Source: a virus
Lineage: Duplodnaviria; Caudoviricetes
Length of the DNA stretch: 29,213 nt
IMG/VR virus record: IMGVR_UViG_3300044878_000197
Coordinates: 1 to 29,213 of that record
Strand: one strand, 5' to 3'
Positions 1-9,488 of this stretch are shown here, piece after piece (position 1 is the first letter of the stretch; every line of letters begins with the position of its first letter). Under the pieces are notes generated by a model that saw only the letters and a program-made list of their open reading frames with translations, was not told where the DNA came from and did not search any database. A program made the translations under genes and the position numbers.

Positions 1-70
1 TCACGAGATCCTGGAAGTCATTGGCAACCACAGTGTCAAAAGACTTGAAAACAGATTGCGGGTTGAACAT
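1..70 (-). CDS. 5' end of a hypothetical gene downstream of the portal (runs off the window)
   Basis: ATG at 70 preceded by GGA; open frame MFNPQSVFKSFDTVVANDFQDLV to the window edge. Confidence 0.5.
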   Translation of the reverse strand, partial: MFNPQSVFKSFDTVVANDFQDLV

Positions 71-98
71 TGGCAATATCCGAATATTGTTTGTGATC

Positions 99-127
99 AA
101 AAAAAGCCGGGGCACTGGGCCCCGGCT
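99..127 (-). terminator. Intrinsic terminator after the portal gene
   Basis: AGCCGGGGC/GCCCCGGCT stem followed by a T run on the minus strand. Confidence 0.8.
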
Positions 128-146
128 GCTGCTGTCAATATACCAC

Positions 147-2771
147 TTATTGCTCGGTTGAGAAGTCGATCTGACGATGGATGTCGTCTTCCTGCTCCAG
201 GCCTTCAGGGTTAGCTTGTCTTGCCATCAGATCATCCATGCCTGGCAAACCTTGGTCTTCTGGCATTTGCGGAGGCATCTGCTGTTGACCCTGTTCTTCA
301 GGTAGTGATGGCATTTGGCCTTCAGGCATAGGAGACATGGCCTGTGGCTCCTGGGCAACCTGGCCTTGCTGCTCAGCCATCATTTGCTGCTCCATGGCCT
401 GTTGCTCTTCAGGGCTTGGGCCTTGCTGCATTTGATCCTGAGGTGCCGGGGCTTGGGCTGGCTCCTGAACCTGCGGTTGCGGCTGGACTCCCATCTGGCT
501 CAGTTGGGCCAGCAGACCCTGGACTTCCAGCAGCACCTTCTGTGTTTCGGCCTGGATCTTCTCTGCTGCGGCCTGCTTTTGGGTTGCATCGGCCTGAGCC
601 TTGGTGGCCTCGATCTGCAGTTTCTGCTGCTGAGCCTGGGCCTGCATTTCGGCCTGTTGCTGCATCATCTGACTCTGCTGGGCCATGGCCTGTTGCTGAG
701 CCTGACCCTGCTCTGCTTGGGCTTTTTCGGCCTGCTCAGCTTTTGCTTTCAAAGTGTCCGCGTCTGGGATCAGATCAGGCAAATCAAGCGATTCGGCATA
801 GGAGCGCAGCAGGATTGCACGACCTTCCAGGCCGATGACTTGCATGTCGGTTGGGTTGTTGGTCGATGCCAGGAACTGCATGCGGGCGTTCTGAGTTTGC
901 TCACGGAGAAGTTGCGCAGTTGCACCTTGAGGGATGACCTTGCAGTCGCCTTTTATCGAGTTGTCGGTGCTGTACATCATGTTATGAATCCACAGCGAGT
1001 AGATGCCAGGCTGTGTGATGCCCTCGTCAAAGCCGAGAATCGCGTTCTTAATGCCCTTGTTTGCCGACTCAAGCAGCATGGACAAGCCAGATGCCGTGCT
1101 ACCAGCGCCACCAGCAGCGGCGCCGCCGTAGGTGTACCTCGGGATATTAGTGGCGTCGTCAGCGCGTTTTTCCCACTGATCGTAGGTCGTCATGAGTTCG
1201 CCGGCCAGTGACGCAGGCTGGTAAAAGCGAATCGCCGGCTGGTTCGTGCCACCGTTGGCGCGGTCGGATTTAGTCCTCCAGCGCTTCATCGGATAAATTT
1301 CGTTAGGGTCTTCCTCAGGCTGCAAGCGGTCTGTTGCGACCTCAATCTGCGGGCCGGAGGCGAAGGCCAGGTTGTTCTGCTGGGCCCTGGCCACAACACA
1401 GCACATATCCTGGACGTCCGACATTAACTCGGGTATAGCGATGCCCCAAAAGCTGCCAGGCACTTGCTGGAAGCAGGACTTCATGTACGGTCGAGCGCCC
1501 ATCGGGTTGCGGTTGATCACGCAACGGATAACGTAGTTTCCGATCAGAATCGCGTCGATCTCGTACTCGTCGAGAGGATCTGGAATCTGATCAGGCGACA
1601 TGCCCCATTGCAGCAAGGTCAGGCCCTGGGCGCTGCCCCAGTAGTGAAGCCCTTCAATCGTCTCGCCGAAGTCGTTCAGATTGTCATGACGACGATCTTC
1701 AATGCGCGCCCGCTCGGAATCCGTGGCAAGCCAGTCTCTCAGGCCACCGCGACCATAGTCTTCCAGGACGCCCTTGATGGCCTCCTCTTTGTACCCTGGC
1801 ACACCTCGAAGTTTGTTCAAGTCACGCCTGGTGTAGAGTTCCCGCTCAATGATGTAGCTGCCATCGTTGATGTCGGTCGAATCTGGCGACGGGTAAATGT
1901 CGAACGGCGAAACCCGGCTGAAGAACGGCTTGATGTTCTCGACCTGTACTGGCTTCCAGCCATCACTCCAAGCAAACTCGGTGACCCTGTGGAACATCGG
2001 CCCTTTCATGATGCCAACCGGGAACGTGCAGAAGTCAGCAATGACCTCCTTCTGAGCCTTCTTCCAGCCGCCTTCCTGAAGCTGATCTTCGATCAAATCC
2101 TCATGGCGATTGCATGCCTCTTTGGCCTTCTCGGAAATCACCTGGCGAATGTGAGCCTCGGCCTTTGCGTAGTCCAGAGGGCCATGGCCAGCATTTGATG
2201 ACAAAGCTTGAAGACCTTGGGCAGGAGCGCCCGGCATCGCCTGAGGAGCAGGAGCCTGAGGTTGACCAGGAAAGGACGTCTCAGGTGCTGGAGCGGACTC
2301 GCCCTGGATATCATCTGGACTAGGCTGAATGATCTTGGCCTTCTCGGCTTCTTCCTGCGCTTGCATCACGGCAACCGCGTGAACCAGCTCTGGCGGCAGA
2401 TCGGCGATGGTCGTAGGGTCGAGGCCCCATGCCCTGCCCTTGGCCGGAAGCATGATGTCGATGATCCACGAGATGGCCGCACGGACTTTCGTGGTGGTCA
2501 GCTTCGGATAAAGGGTGGAGCCACCCTCTTCCTGAATGGCTCGCAGCTTCTCTTCCGAATACTCGCCTTTGAACCGGCGCAGGCAGTCGAGCAGGCGCTC
2601 ATCGATTGGTTGCCTCGACGTCTTGGCCTGGTCGAACGACCTGCGGATGTGACTGGCCAGCGAGCTTTCGACGTTGAGCTGACGGCGCTCCTGCTCCAGC
2701 CTCTGCTGTTCTGCGTGTTCATCAGCTTTCAAATCTGCAGCAGATCGGAAATGCAGGAGTCCCATCGACAT
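147..2771 (-). CDS. Portal protein (podovirus/P22-like) with a long Q/P/E-rich C-terminal tail
   Basis: 874 aa, downstream of terL; portal-like segments RVSPFDIYPSP, PGSFWGIAIPELMSDVQD, ADDATNIPRY, TASGLSMLLESA. Confidence 0.8.
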   Translation of the reverse strand: MSMGLLHFRSAADLKADEHAEQQRLEQERRQLNVESSLASHIRRSFDQAKTSRQPIDERLLDCLRRFKGEYSEEKLRAIQEEGGSTLYPKLTTTKVRAAISWIIDIMLPAKGRAWGLDPTTIADLPPELVHAVAVMQAQEEAEKAKIIQPSPDDIQGESAPAPETSFPGQPQAPAPQAMPGAPAQGLQALSSNAGHGPLDYAKAEAHIRQVISEKAKEACNRHEDLIEDQLQEGGWKKAQKEVIADFCTFPVGIMKGPMFHRVTEFAWSDGWKPVQVENIKPFFSRVSPFDIYPSPDSTDINDGSYIIERELYTRRDLNKLRGVPGYKEEAIKGVLEDYGRGGLRDWLATDSERARIEDRRHDNLNDFGETIEGLHYWGSAQGLTLLQWGMSPDQIPDPLDEYEIDAILIGNYVIRCVINRNPMGARPYMKSCFQQVPGSFWGIAIPELMSDVQDMCCVVARAQQNNLAFASGPQIEVATDRLQPEEDPNEIYPMKRWRTKSDRANGGTNQPAIRFYQPASLAGELMTTYDQWEKRADDATNIPRYTYGGAAAGGAGSTASGLSMLLESANKGIKNAILGFDEGITQPGIYSLWIHNMMYSTDNSIKGDCKVIPQGATAQLLREQTQNARMQFLASTNNPTDMQVIGLEGRAILLRSYAESLDLPDLIPDADTLKAKAEQAEKAQAEQGQAQQQAMAQQSQMMQQQAEMQAQAQQQKLQIEATKAQADATQKQAAAEKIQAETQKVLLEVQGLLAQLSQMGVQPQPQVQEPAQAPAPQDQMQQGPSPEEQQAMEQQMMAEQQGQVAQEPQAMSPMPEGQMPSLPEEQGQQQMPPQMPEDQGLPGMDDLMARQANPEGLEQEDDIHRQIDFSTEQ

Positions 2772-2796
2772 GTCAATTTACCTCGATTGATCGAAA

Positions 2797-3162
2797 TTAG
2801 TGCTTGGTGCTTTTCTGGATCGCCTGGATTGCCTGGGAGATCTCGGCAGCGTTGTTCGCCCGGCGCTTCAACGCTTCGTATCGCATTTCGTGGATATTGA
2901 GGAAGAATTCCTTCATGGCCTTGACGGGGTTGGCATGGAAGTCGATGACCCGAAGGATCAACTCAATGCCAAGCAAATCCTGGGTCATAAACTGGAACTT
3001 AATGCCGGCGTGCTCACGACCACCCTCGTTGATCAGAACGAAGTCAATCTGGACGTTCCCGATATCCTTGCGGAAACGTGGGTCTGAAACCGTGATGTCT
3101 GCGACCTTTTTGGCCACAAACTCGGCAATTACCTTTGGATTTACGGCACTCAAAACTGTCAT
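2797..3162 (-). CDS. Hypothetical protein between terL and portal
   Basis: 121 aa; start overlaps the terL stop (ATGA). Confidence 0.75.
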   Translation of the reverse strand: MTVLSAVNPKVIAEFVAKKVADITVSDPRFRKDIGNVQIDFVLINEGGREHAGIKFQFMTQDLLGIELILRVIDFHANPVKAMKEFFLNIHEMRYEALKRRANNAAEISQAIQAIQKSTKH

Positions 3163-4829
3163 GTATGTGCTCCCCAGCGTGTTTTGCCACGACTGGTATT
3201 TGCAACTGGCGCGTGTTGAGTAGTGCCAGTCGAGATGTTGAATACACCGGCACGGGCAAGGGTTTCAAACGCCTTGGCACCGTGGCTCGCCCAGTCGTGC
3301 CTTGGAGTTGTTTTGTAGATTCCCTTTTTGTCGTCCCACTCTTTACGATATGAGTCGAGGCAATCTATGAGCCTGTCGACGCCGATGGTTTGCTTGGCGT
3401 CATCTTCGCCATCAACTTTATCACTATAAGTAGCGGTTTGTGTGCTTTCCGTGAACCAACAAACAGGCAGGAATGTCCTGACGGCCTGGATGCCCTCGGC
3501 GTGGTTAGCAATTCGAGGAACAATTTCAAATTTGATCCCAAACTCTGCTGCCGCCTCGAGACGAGACTTGGAGTTTCCGAGTTCCCGTACAGCCAAGTCG
3601 TGCGGGCCGTAGTGGTAGCTATAGTGATAGCCCTTCTTTCGCAGCTCGTCGGCGTAGTATTCAAGACCTTCGCCAGAGTGTTCCAGGTAGTCGATGATGT
3701 GAACTTCGCGGCCCACAACCTGAGCAAAAACGATGGACATAGCGTCGCTAATCCCTAAGTCCCAACCAGTTATGACTGGCAGACTTGGGTTGTAAACGAC
3801 CTTTTTCGTGATCCTTCCTTTTTCACGGATAAGGCTCATTTGTTTGGCGAAATATGCGCCCTCAACATTCTGAGCAAACGCCTCTTCCGGTGTGCTTGGG
3901 TATTCTCTCTGCATGTCGTCCAATAGTTTTTCCGCCTTTTTTGCATACCAGGCTTGCTGCCCAGGGGACAAATCAATGCCTTTTGTACGCAAATTTCCGA
4001 AGTAATCGTGCAGCCAGGACGGAATATCCACATCTTTTGGATCGAGGAAGTACGATGTTTCCTCATACCAAGGGAAGAAGTGGAAGTTCCAGTCCATTTG
4101 GCCGATGTTTTTGCCTGTTTGTTGAAGCTTTCTGCCTGATTCACAGAACTTAAAAAAGTAACCCTCACGGCCTTCTGCTGTGGATTCCAGTGTAATTTGG
4201 TTACCAAAACCCACGGCCTCGAACGCACCAGTAACGATTTCCTGCGCCTTGTCTGGGTATTTGCGACAAATCTTCCCGAATTCGCTGACATGGAGGCGCT
4301 GAAGTGTGCCACCACGGTAGGAAGTTGATACTTTTATGCTCGATCCGTTGTCAAAAACGTAACTATCACCCTTGTCCGAGGCCGGAATTGGAAGCTTTAG
4401 GCCAATTTCCTTGAAGATTCCACGCCAACTAGATGACTTATTCAGCTGATCGTAAGCGAACTTCACCTTATTTCTGAAGATATCTTGGGCATCGACGAGC
4501 GTGTGCGCGATACAGCCGGCACTAAAGTTCTTAATCCAGAGGCAATCGTCGAGAGAATCGATCATTTCGAACGTAGTAAAACCCAATTGTCTTGATTTAA
4601 GGATTATATCCTGGCAGTGGTTTGCCTCGAATCTTTGGCGCTGCTGGATATTTGGCTTAAACGTGACAACCTTGCCGTTCTTGTTCTTGATCTTATATAG
4701 CGCGTTTAAGCGATACCATTTATTACTTATTGCCAGAACAAGGTCTTTCTTTGTCTTCAAATCACCAGCTTTATGACGACGAATGAACTCATCGCCATCC
4801 TTTACAATCTGGACACGTAATGGATTCAT
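3159..4829 (-). CDS. terL: Terminase large subunit
   Basis: Walker A ILKSRQLGFTT, Walker B LHVSEFG, motif III ESTAEG, nuclease motifs GWDLG, PHD and HDWASH. Confidence 0.95.
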   Translation of the reverse strand: MNPLRVQIVKDGDEFIRRHKAGDLKTKKDLVLAISNKWYRLNALYKIKNKNGKVVTFKPNIQQRQRFEANHCQDIILKSRQLGFTTFEMIDSLDDCLWIKNFSAGCIAHTLVDAQDIFRNKVKFAYDQLNKSSSWRGIFKEIGLKLPIPASDKGDSYVFDNGSSIKVSTSYRGGTLQRLHVSEFGKICRKYPDKAQEIVTGAFEAVGFGNQITLESTAEGREGYFFKFCESGRKLQQTGKNIGQMDWNFHFFPWYEETSYFLDPKDVDIPSWLHDYFGNLRTKGIDLSPGQQAWYAKKAEKLLDDMQREYPSTPEEAFAQNVEGAYFAKQMSLIREKGRITKKVVYNPSLPVITGWDLGISDAMSIVFAQVVGREVHIIDYLEHSGEGLEYYADELRKKGYHYSYHYGPHDLAVRELGNSKSRLEAAAEFGIKFEIVPRIANHAEGIQAVRTFLPVCWFTESTQTATYSDKVDGEDDAKQTIGVDRLIDCLDSYRKEWDDKKGIYKTTPRHDWASHGAKAFETLARAGVFNISTGTTQHAPVANTSRGKTRWGAHT

Positions 4830-4973
4830 TGGTATATAAGCCTTCTTTTGTGGCCAAAGGGGTGCTCTAGATTTGAAATCTTTAGGGTATTCCCCCTGCG
4901 AGCGGTCAAGATTTCACGTACGATCACGGCAAAACGCCCGAACATAACGGGCATTTGTTTGCTGACAAGTCGC

Positions 4974-5489
4974 TCACTCTTCGAAAACATCCGCAACCAG
5001 CTCGGCCAGAGATCGGCCATCATTACCTTGGTTCTCGTCGTCGAGGTTGTAAGCCTGGCGTTCACCCTTGATAACCTTGAGTTGTGCGTCGACGCCGGCA
5101 TTCAAGCTGCGGGCGAATTTATCGTGATTTTCGTCGGTGATCTTCATCGTGCTCAGCGACTTCGACAGGCGACCTGCGATCTTGCGCCACTCGGCCAGGC
5201 CGGAGCGGTGGGACATCACGATTTGGGCGTTGATGTCGGCAGCGTCGGAGACGATCTGGTCGTCAGTCTTGAATTCGGTGTCCTTCACTTCGGCCAGGGC
5301 AAGTTTGCCCCTGGTGGCCTGGCGGACAGTGGCGCTCAGATCTCGAGTGATGCCGTGCTTTTTGCAGTGCGACCGAATTGCAGTATCACTGATGCCATGC
5401 TTGTCGGCGATTGCGCGGATCGACTCGGCGCCTGCGCGAAATGCTGCCTCAATTGCTTCCCAGTCGGGCTTACCGTCAATACTTGCCAT
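4974..5489 (-). CDS. terS: Terminase small subunit
   Basis: N-terminal KPDWEAIEAAFRAG...SIRAIADKHGISDTAIR helix-turn-helix typical of terS; GGAGG before ATG 5489; upstream of terL. Confidence 0.85.
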   Translation of the reverse strand: MASIDGKPDWEAIEAAFRAGAESIRAIADKHGISDTAIRSHCKKHGITRDLSATVRQATRGKLALAEVKDTEFKTDDQIVSDAADINAQIVMSHRSGLAEWRKIAGRLSKSLSTMKITDENHDKFARSLNAGVDAQLKVIKGERQAYNLDDENQGNDGRSLAELVADVFEE

Positions 5490-5506
5490 TTTGTGCCCTC
5501 CTCGGG

Positions 5507-5977
5507 TCAACGCTTGAGACAGACCTGGGCGACGTACGCTTGAAGGCCTGCGAGAGTTTTTTCGGTTGTCGTCAGTCTTGATCGGAGATCGTGATAATCC
5601 TGTCGAGCAGAGGGATCGAGCTCTGCTGCTCCTGCATAAGCCAAGCTGGCGGGGCTGGCACCGGTGCCGGCTCGCAATGCCGGGCAGTTTGCTTTGATGA
5701 GCAGCCGCTTACGGCCAGCATCGACAGAAGCACGAAGGGAATCATTTTCAGCCTTAGCATTGGCCAGCTCCTGGGTGAACTGTTGATCGACGGAATCTCT
5801 GGCCTTGATGGCCTGTTCGTACCTCGCCCCCGCCGCTTGGAGATCAGCAATCTGCTGGTTTGCCCCAGAAAGGTTTGCTCTCAAAAGAGAGGCTTCAGAA
5901 CGGAGGTTGGACAGGTAAAGGAGTCCTGACAGCAGAGCAAGGGCAACGACGATCAAGGCCACGAGATTGAGCTTCAC
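5507..5977 (-). CDS. rz: Rz-like inner-membrane spanin
   Basis: N-terminal transmembrane helix, coiled coil, LRASVDAGRKRLLIKANCP and C-terminal LAGLQAYVAQVC. Confidence 0.9.
   Translation of the reverse strand: MKLNLVALIVVALALLSGLLYLSNLRSEASLLRANLSGANQQIADLQAAGARYEQAIKARDSVDQQFTQELANAKAENDSLRASVDAGRKRLLIKANCPALRAGTGASPASLAYAGAAELDPSARQDYHDLRSRLTTTEKTLAGLQAYVAQVCLKR
5572..5760 (-). CDS. rz1: Rz1-like outer-membrane lipoprotein spanin embedded in Rz
   Basis: Alternative frame within Rz; signal peptide with lipobox LAVSGC; Pro-rich PAPVPAPPAW. Confidence 0.85.
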   Translation of the reverse strand: MLRLKMIPFVLLSMLAVSGCSSKQTARHCEPAPVPAPPAWLMQEQQSSIPLLDRIITISDQD

Positions 5978-6390
5978 TCTTCGGCCTCCTCGGATATCGG
6001 ATATCGGATATAGGAAAACTCTTCACCGAGGTGCCATCTTCCAGGCCCAAAGTCAGCGCCTGCATTAAATGCCACTCTGTTCCAAGCGCCGATGTGCGCC
6101 ATCTCCAGGTGCTTTACGCCACTGCCGATATCGCCACCTTCCTTGACGTAACCCTTGAGGTACTTGACGCCGATGTCACGCAGATTGGCAAGCAAGCCTT
6201 CCTGGGCTTCATTGAGTGGCAGTGGGTAGTGGATGACGTTCGGAAGCAGCACTTGCTGCAGCAGGTACAGGTTCATGCCTGCGTCAAATGCATTTAATGC
6301 GGCATCATCGGTGACCCTGAACATCAGGGAGTACGAGAGCGTGTCGTAGTCGAGCTTTTCGGTTTCAGAAACCATTGTCCCATCCATCAT
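5974..6390 (-). CDS. Hypothetical protein between endolysin and Rz (start 6390 or 6375)
   Basis: Fills the gap exactly; overlaps the endolysin end and the Rz start. Confidence 0.7.
   Translation of the reverse strand: MMDGTMVSETEKLDYDTLSYSLMFRVTDDAALNAFDAGMNLYLLQQVLLPNVIHYPLPLNEAQEGLLANLRDIGVKYLKGYVKEGGDIGSGVKHLEMAHIGAWNRVAFNAGADFGPGRWHLGEEFSYIRYPISEEAEE
5990..6017. repeat. Short TCGGATA heptad array (site A)
   Basis: TCGGATA x3 plus TAGGAAA; same unit as arrays at 14909, 15983 and 27346. Confidence 0.7.
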
Positions 6391-6898
6391 TTTTCCATGG
6401 CTTTTCCAGGCCAATCTCACAAAGCTCGCGCTCTTTGGCACGGCGGATAGTCAGGCCTTTCACGGGCTTTTTAACCCACTTGCCTTTGACCATTACGGTG
6501 ATCTTGTTGTAAAGGGGAATCGCGGCGCATCCGCCCCAGGTGTCGCCCTCGTTCAGCTTTTTGAGCACAGATGACTTGGCCAGGGTGCCCTGACCCAGGT
6601 TTAGGGTAAAGGACGTGAGGGCAGCACGGCGCTCGTCAGTCAGTGGGACTTTGACAAGGCGGTTTACGGCGGTCATGGCAATGGATACGTCGTCGTAAAG
6701 GAGTTCGTCGCATTGCGCATCGGTCAGGACTTGGCCAAGCTTCACGCCGCCAGTGTGCCCGTCGCAAATCGTGGGGTTGCCGGCAATGTCGGAATAGGCG
6801 ACATGCTCTCGCCCCTCGAACTGATGGACGATGGCAGCCGAGAGGCTAAGCGATACGACAAATCCAGCTTGGACAAGGCGACTATGAAGAGCTGACAT
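6365..6898 (-). CDS. Endolysin, GH24 phage lysozyme, probably SAR-type
   Basis: Catalytic triad E-x8-D-x5-T (FEGREHVAYSDIAGNPTICDGHT), weakly hydrophobic N-terminal segment, GLTIRRAKERELC end. Confidence 0.92.
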   Translation of the reverse strand: MSALHSRLVQAGFVVSLSLSAAIVHQFEGREHVAYSDIAGNPTICDGHTGGVKLGQVLTDAQCDELLYDDVSIAMTAVNRLVKVPLTDERRAALTSFTLNLGQGTLAKSSVLKKLNEGDTWGGCAAIPLYNKITVMVKGKWVKKPVKGLTIRRAKERELCEIGLEKPWKNDGWDNGF

Positions 6899-7115
6899 CT
6901 TCACCACCTGTCGGCTTAGTGGCCTGAGCCAATTCTTTCAGGCGATCACGTCGCTGCTTTGTGTAGAGGACGTACATCTGATATAGAACGTAGATTGCGG
7001 TCAAAACCGAGGCCGTCAGCGAGGCCCACTCATTGATCGAGAGGCCTGGGATGTATGAGCCAGCGGTGATTGCAACAGGTGGTGCCGACTTCGCGAATTC
7101 GTTGGTAATCGACAT
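6882..7115 (-). CDS. Holin
   Basis: Small hydrophobic protein (GLSINEWASLTASVLTAIYVLYQ) with basic tail, overlapping the endolysin start. Confidence 0.75.
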   Translation of the reverse strand: MSITNEFAKSAPPVAITAGSYIPGLSINEWASLTASVLTAIYVLYQMYVLYTKQRRDRLKELAQATKPTGGEDVSSS

Positions 7116-7378
7116 GCAGCACACACCTTGAATAGGTGCCTGGGCCCGTGGGCCCTGGCGGGGGGTTTGACGTCATCGCGACGTTAAGTGCGGCACTATC
7201 GAACACAAGAACCAGATTCAACGCTGAGCGTGCTAGGTGTGTTCGATAGCTTTGAATTGATGGATTACCGATGGGTTTGGATTCTCCGTATCGGAGGCCT
7301 AGTCCTCGCAAAACCACATCAATTGCCGCAAAAGAAATGTAAATCAGTGGTTCGCCAAAATGCCAACATATTTTTCAT

Positions 7379-7404
7379 AAAAAAGCCCCGAAATCATCGA
7401 GGCT
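7379..7404 (-). terminator. Intrinsic terminator separating early cassettes from the late operon
   Basis: AGCCTCGA/TCGGGGCT stem followed by T6 on the minus strand. Confidence 0.7.
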
Positions 7405-7428
7405 CAATAAACACGCGGATATATTGTC

Positions 7429-7872
7429 TCAGAAATGTCCAGATATCAGATCAATATGCAGATTCAATATACGAGTGGCCTCGCTGGACATTACATCGAT
7501 CTCATCCTGAGTGAGTGTTGGAGGGTTGGCCTTGACCGTCTCAAGCAACAACTCCATCCTTGGAATCTCGGTCAGTATCGCCGTGGCTTTGTTCTCAAAC
7601 TCTTTCAGCCCGAGCCTTCCAGCCTTGTTCCACACGTGCGCCTTACTGATCAGTACGACGACCTGGCGTGCGATTTCCTTGTCCGAACAACCTTCCAGAA
7701 AGTCCCTTCTGATCTGCTCGGCCTCAAAGACTCGGTCATATGACGCACCAGCCAGGGGCTTGCCACCGAACCGTGCTGCATATGCCCTGTTGATATGCAT
7801 GGAGCTCGTCACTTCGTCCGGGGCTAGCTCATGTGGCCTGAACATTTGAATAACATTTGATAACGCTGACAT
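7429..7872 (-). CDS. Hypothetical protein
   Basis: 147 aa, AAGG before ATG, followed by a terminator. Confidence 0.7.
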   Translation of the reverse strand: MSALSNVIQMFRPHELAPDEVTSSMHINRAYAARFGGKPLAGASYDRVFEAEQIRRDFLEGCSDKEIARQVVVLISKAHVWNKAGRLGLKEFENKATAILTEIPRMELLLETVKANPPTLTQDEIDVMSSEATRILNLHIDLISGHF

Positions 7873-7898
7873 ATTGATTACCTTGGCAATAGAGAGGA

Positions 7899-8309
7899 TT
7901 AGAACAGGACTTCGAGGGCCTGTAGATAACGATCTAAAGACACCAGGGTATCAATCTTGACCTTGTTGATCTGCTCGGCAGTCTTGGCCAGGGTGCCGAT
8001 CTGGGCATTGGCAAACAATACCAGCATATTGACATTGTTTGAGATCGAGGCGCTGATCTCGTCGACGTTGTGCTTGCTGCGCGCAATGTCCGACGATTTG
8101 AGCAGGTCGATGCAGTCGTGCAGGGCCTTGGAGCCGGCCTCGAGGCTCAGGGCCTGCGTGGCATCCAGGAAGGCCTGGCGCACCAGCGAGGTATTTGCGA
8201 AGACGTGGTGCTCAGCGCCAAGGATGACTTCCGCCGACCAGGTGGCCTTGACCACCGGGACTGAGTAGGAGACTGGGGCGACTGAGTAGTTAGCGATGGA
8301 GTAGTTCAT
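7899..8309 (-). CDS. Hypothetical early protein
   Basis: 136 aa with own promoter/operator and an AAGG RBS. Confidence 0.75.
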   Translation of the reverse strand: MNYSIANYSVAPVSYSVPVVKATWSAEVILGAEHHVFANTSLVRQAFLDATQALSLEAGSKALHDCIDLLKSSDIARSKHNVDEISASISNNVNMLVLFANAQIGTLAKTAEQINKVKIDTLVSLDRYLQALEVLF

Positions 8310-8357
8310 GGTCGAGTACCTTTTTATTGGTTAAGGAGTTTGCAGCTCCTATATATA

Positions 8358-8387
8358 CATAATACAGAGCGTGTTATGTACGTTCAA
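8358..8387 (-). promoter_or_regulatory. Sigma70 promoter with overlapping operator
   Basis: TTGAAC-N17-TATTAT; palindrome CATAATAC-AGAGC-GTGTTATG at 8358-8378. Confidence 0.75.
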
Positions 8388-8467
8388 GCACTATTTGCAA
8401 ATAAATGCAATTATTTTATAAATAATCCTGAAAGCCTTGAAATCATTGGGAGTTTGCGGCCAAACAA

Positions 8468-8878
8468 TTATTCATTAATATCAATCGCCATCTTCTCGTT
8501 AAACCATGCGCCATCAATCACGCTCTGCAAGCTGCACATCGAGGTCGAGACGCATTTGTCAAGACAAAGGAAGTCAACGTAGTAAAAACTGCGATCTTTG
8601 AGGACGGCCACTGACAAGAACATAGGATGCTTCAGAAGAGATTCAAGCGCCAGGTATCCATAGCCACCGGTACTTGCCTGGCTCCTCAGGGCGCGCACGA
8701 GCGCGTAGGCGACATCCTCCTCACCCTCGATATCACCCCGATATTCAGTGTGCCCAAGGTTGGCCGCAGCCAGCTCTGGCATACCCTCCAGACACTGGGA
8801 AAGAGTCTTGCCGGCCTCGGCGTCCTGGCGGATGTGATTGATGACTTCCTTGAATACATCGGCATTAAAATTGAACAT
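8468..8878 (-). CDS. Hypothetical early protein
   Basis: 136 aa; strong AGGAGG RBS. Confidence 0.75.
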   Translation of the reverse strand: MFNFNADVFKEVINHIRQDAEAGKTLSQCLEGMPELAAANLGHTEYRGDIEGEEDVAYALVRALRSQASTGGYGYLALESLLKHPMFLSVAVLKDRSFYYVDFLCLDKCVSTSMCSLQSVIDGAWFNEKMAIDINE

Positions 8879-8907
8879 GCTGCCTCCTGCTGGATTGTTT
8901 TGATTGC

Positions 8908-8931
8908 AAAAAGCCCGGCAGGTGCCGGGCT
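8908..8931 (-). terminator. Intrinsic terminator
   Basis: AGCCCGGCA/TGCCGGGCT stem plus T run. Confidence 0.8.
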
Positions 8932-8949
8932 CTGGGCTTGTGACTTGGC

Positions 8950-9432
8950 TTACATCATGTCGCGCTGCGTGAAGATGCCCTGGTCGTTCTCGACCATGAC
9001 CCAGCCCGGCTCGATCCAGTAGAGTTCGCCGATCATTTTGTCAAAGCTGCAGCTAGACCCGCCATCCATGTCATCAGAGAACCTGTAGTAGGTCTCGCCG
9101 CCATGCGAGATCATGGCTACAGAGTAAGTCTCGTCGATGTACTTGGCAATTGGGAAGCTCGAATCAAGCGAGTTGAACAGAACGTAGAGGGCAGTAACAC
9201 GGTCAGTGAACGCCAGGCCTCCGAAGCCATGCACCTCGTTAACATGGAGGACAGAGCATTCACTCCGCAAGTTCTGGATGTGATCGCAAATGTGCCTGGC
9301 AGTCAGTCCGCGCTCGACAGCGTCGATAATGATGGCCTTGACGAGATTTGATTTGGCTTCTGAAGCACTGATGGAACCTGTCACATAATTTACCCTGGCA
9401 GAGGTGGATGAATTGCTATTGGCGATGGTCAT
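8950..9432 (-). CDS. Hypothetical early protein
   Basis: 160 aa with own promoter, 5' hairpin and terminator. Confidence 0.75.
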   Translation of the reverse strand: MTIANSNSSTSARVNYVTGSISASEAKSNLVKAIIIDAVERGLTARHICDHIQNLRSECSVLHVNEVHGFGGLAFTDRVTALYVLFNSLDSSFPIAKYIDETYSVAMISHGGETYYRFSDDMDGGSSCSFDKMIGELYWIEPGWVMVENDQGIFTQRDMM

Positions 9433-9488
9433 GGTCGTTCTCTCTTATAGTTAGATATGAAGTCAGTCATTTGCCGACTTCATAATTA

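Noticed and set aside
315-2900. Long plus-strand ORFs opposite the portal
   Set aside because: Antisense shadows of a GC3-rich, Gln-rich gene; no recognisable motifs
3159-4829. terL looks more AT-rich than portal and terS
   Set aside because: Visual impression only; module exchange is common in phages, and no intron or intein was evident
4826-5101. ORF bridging terS and terL
   Set aside because: Overlaps terS by about half in another frame, with no clear RBS or family features
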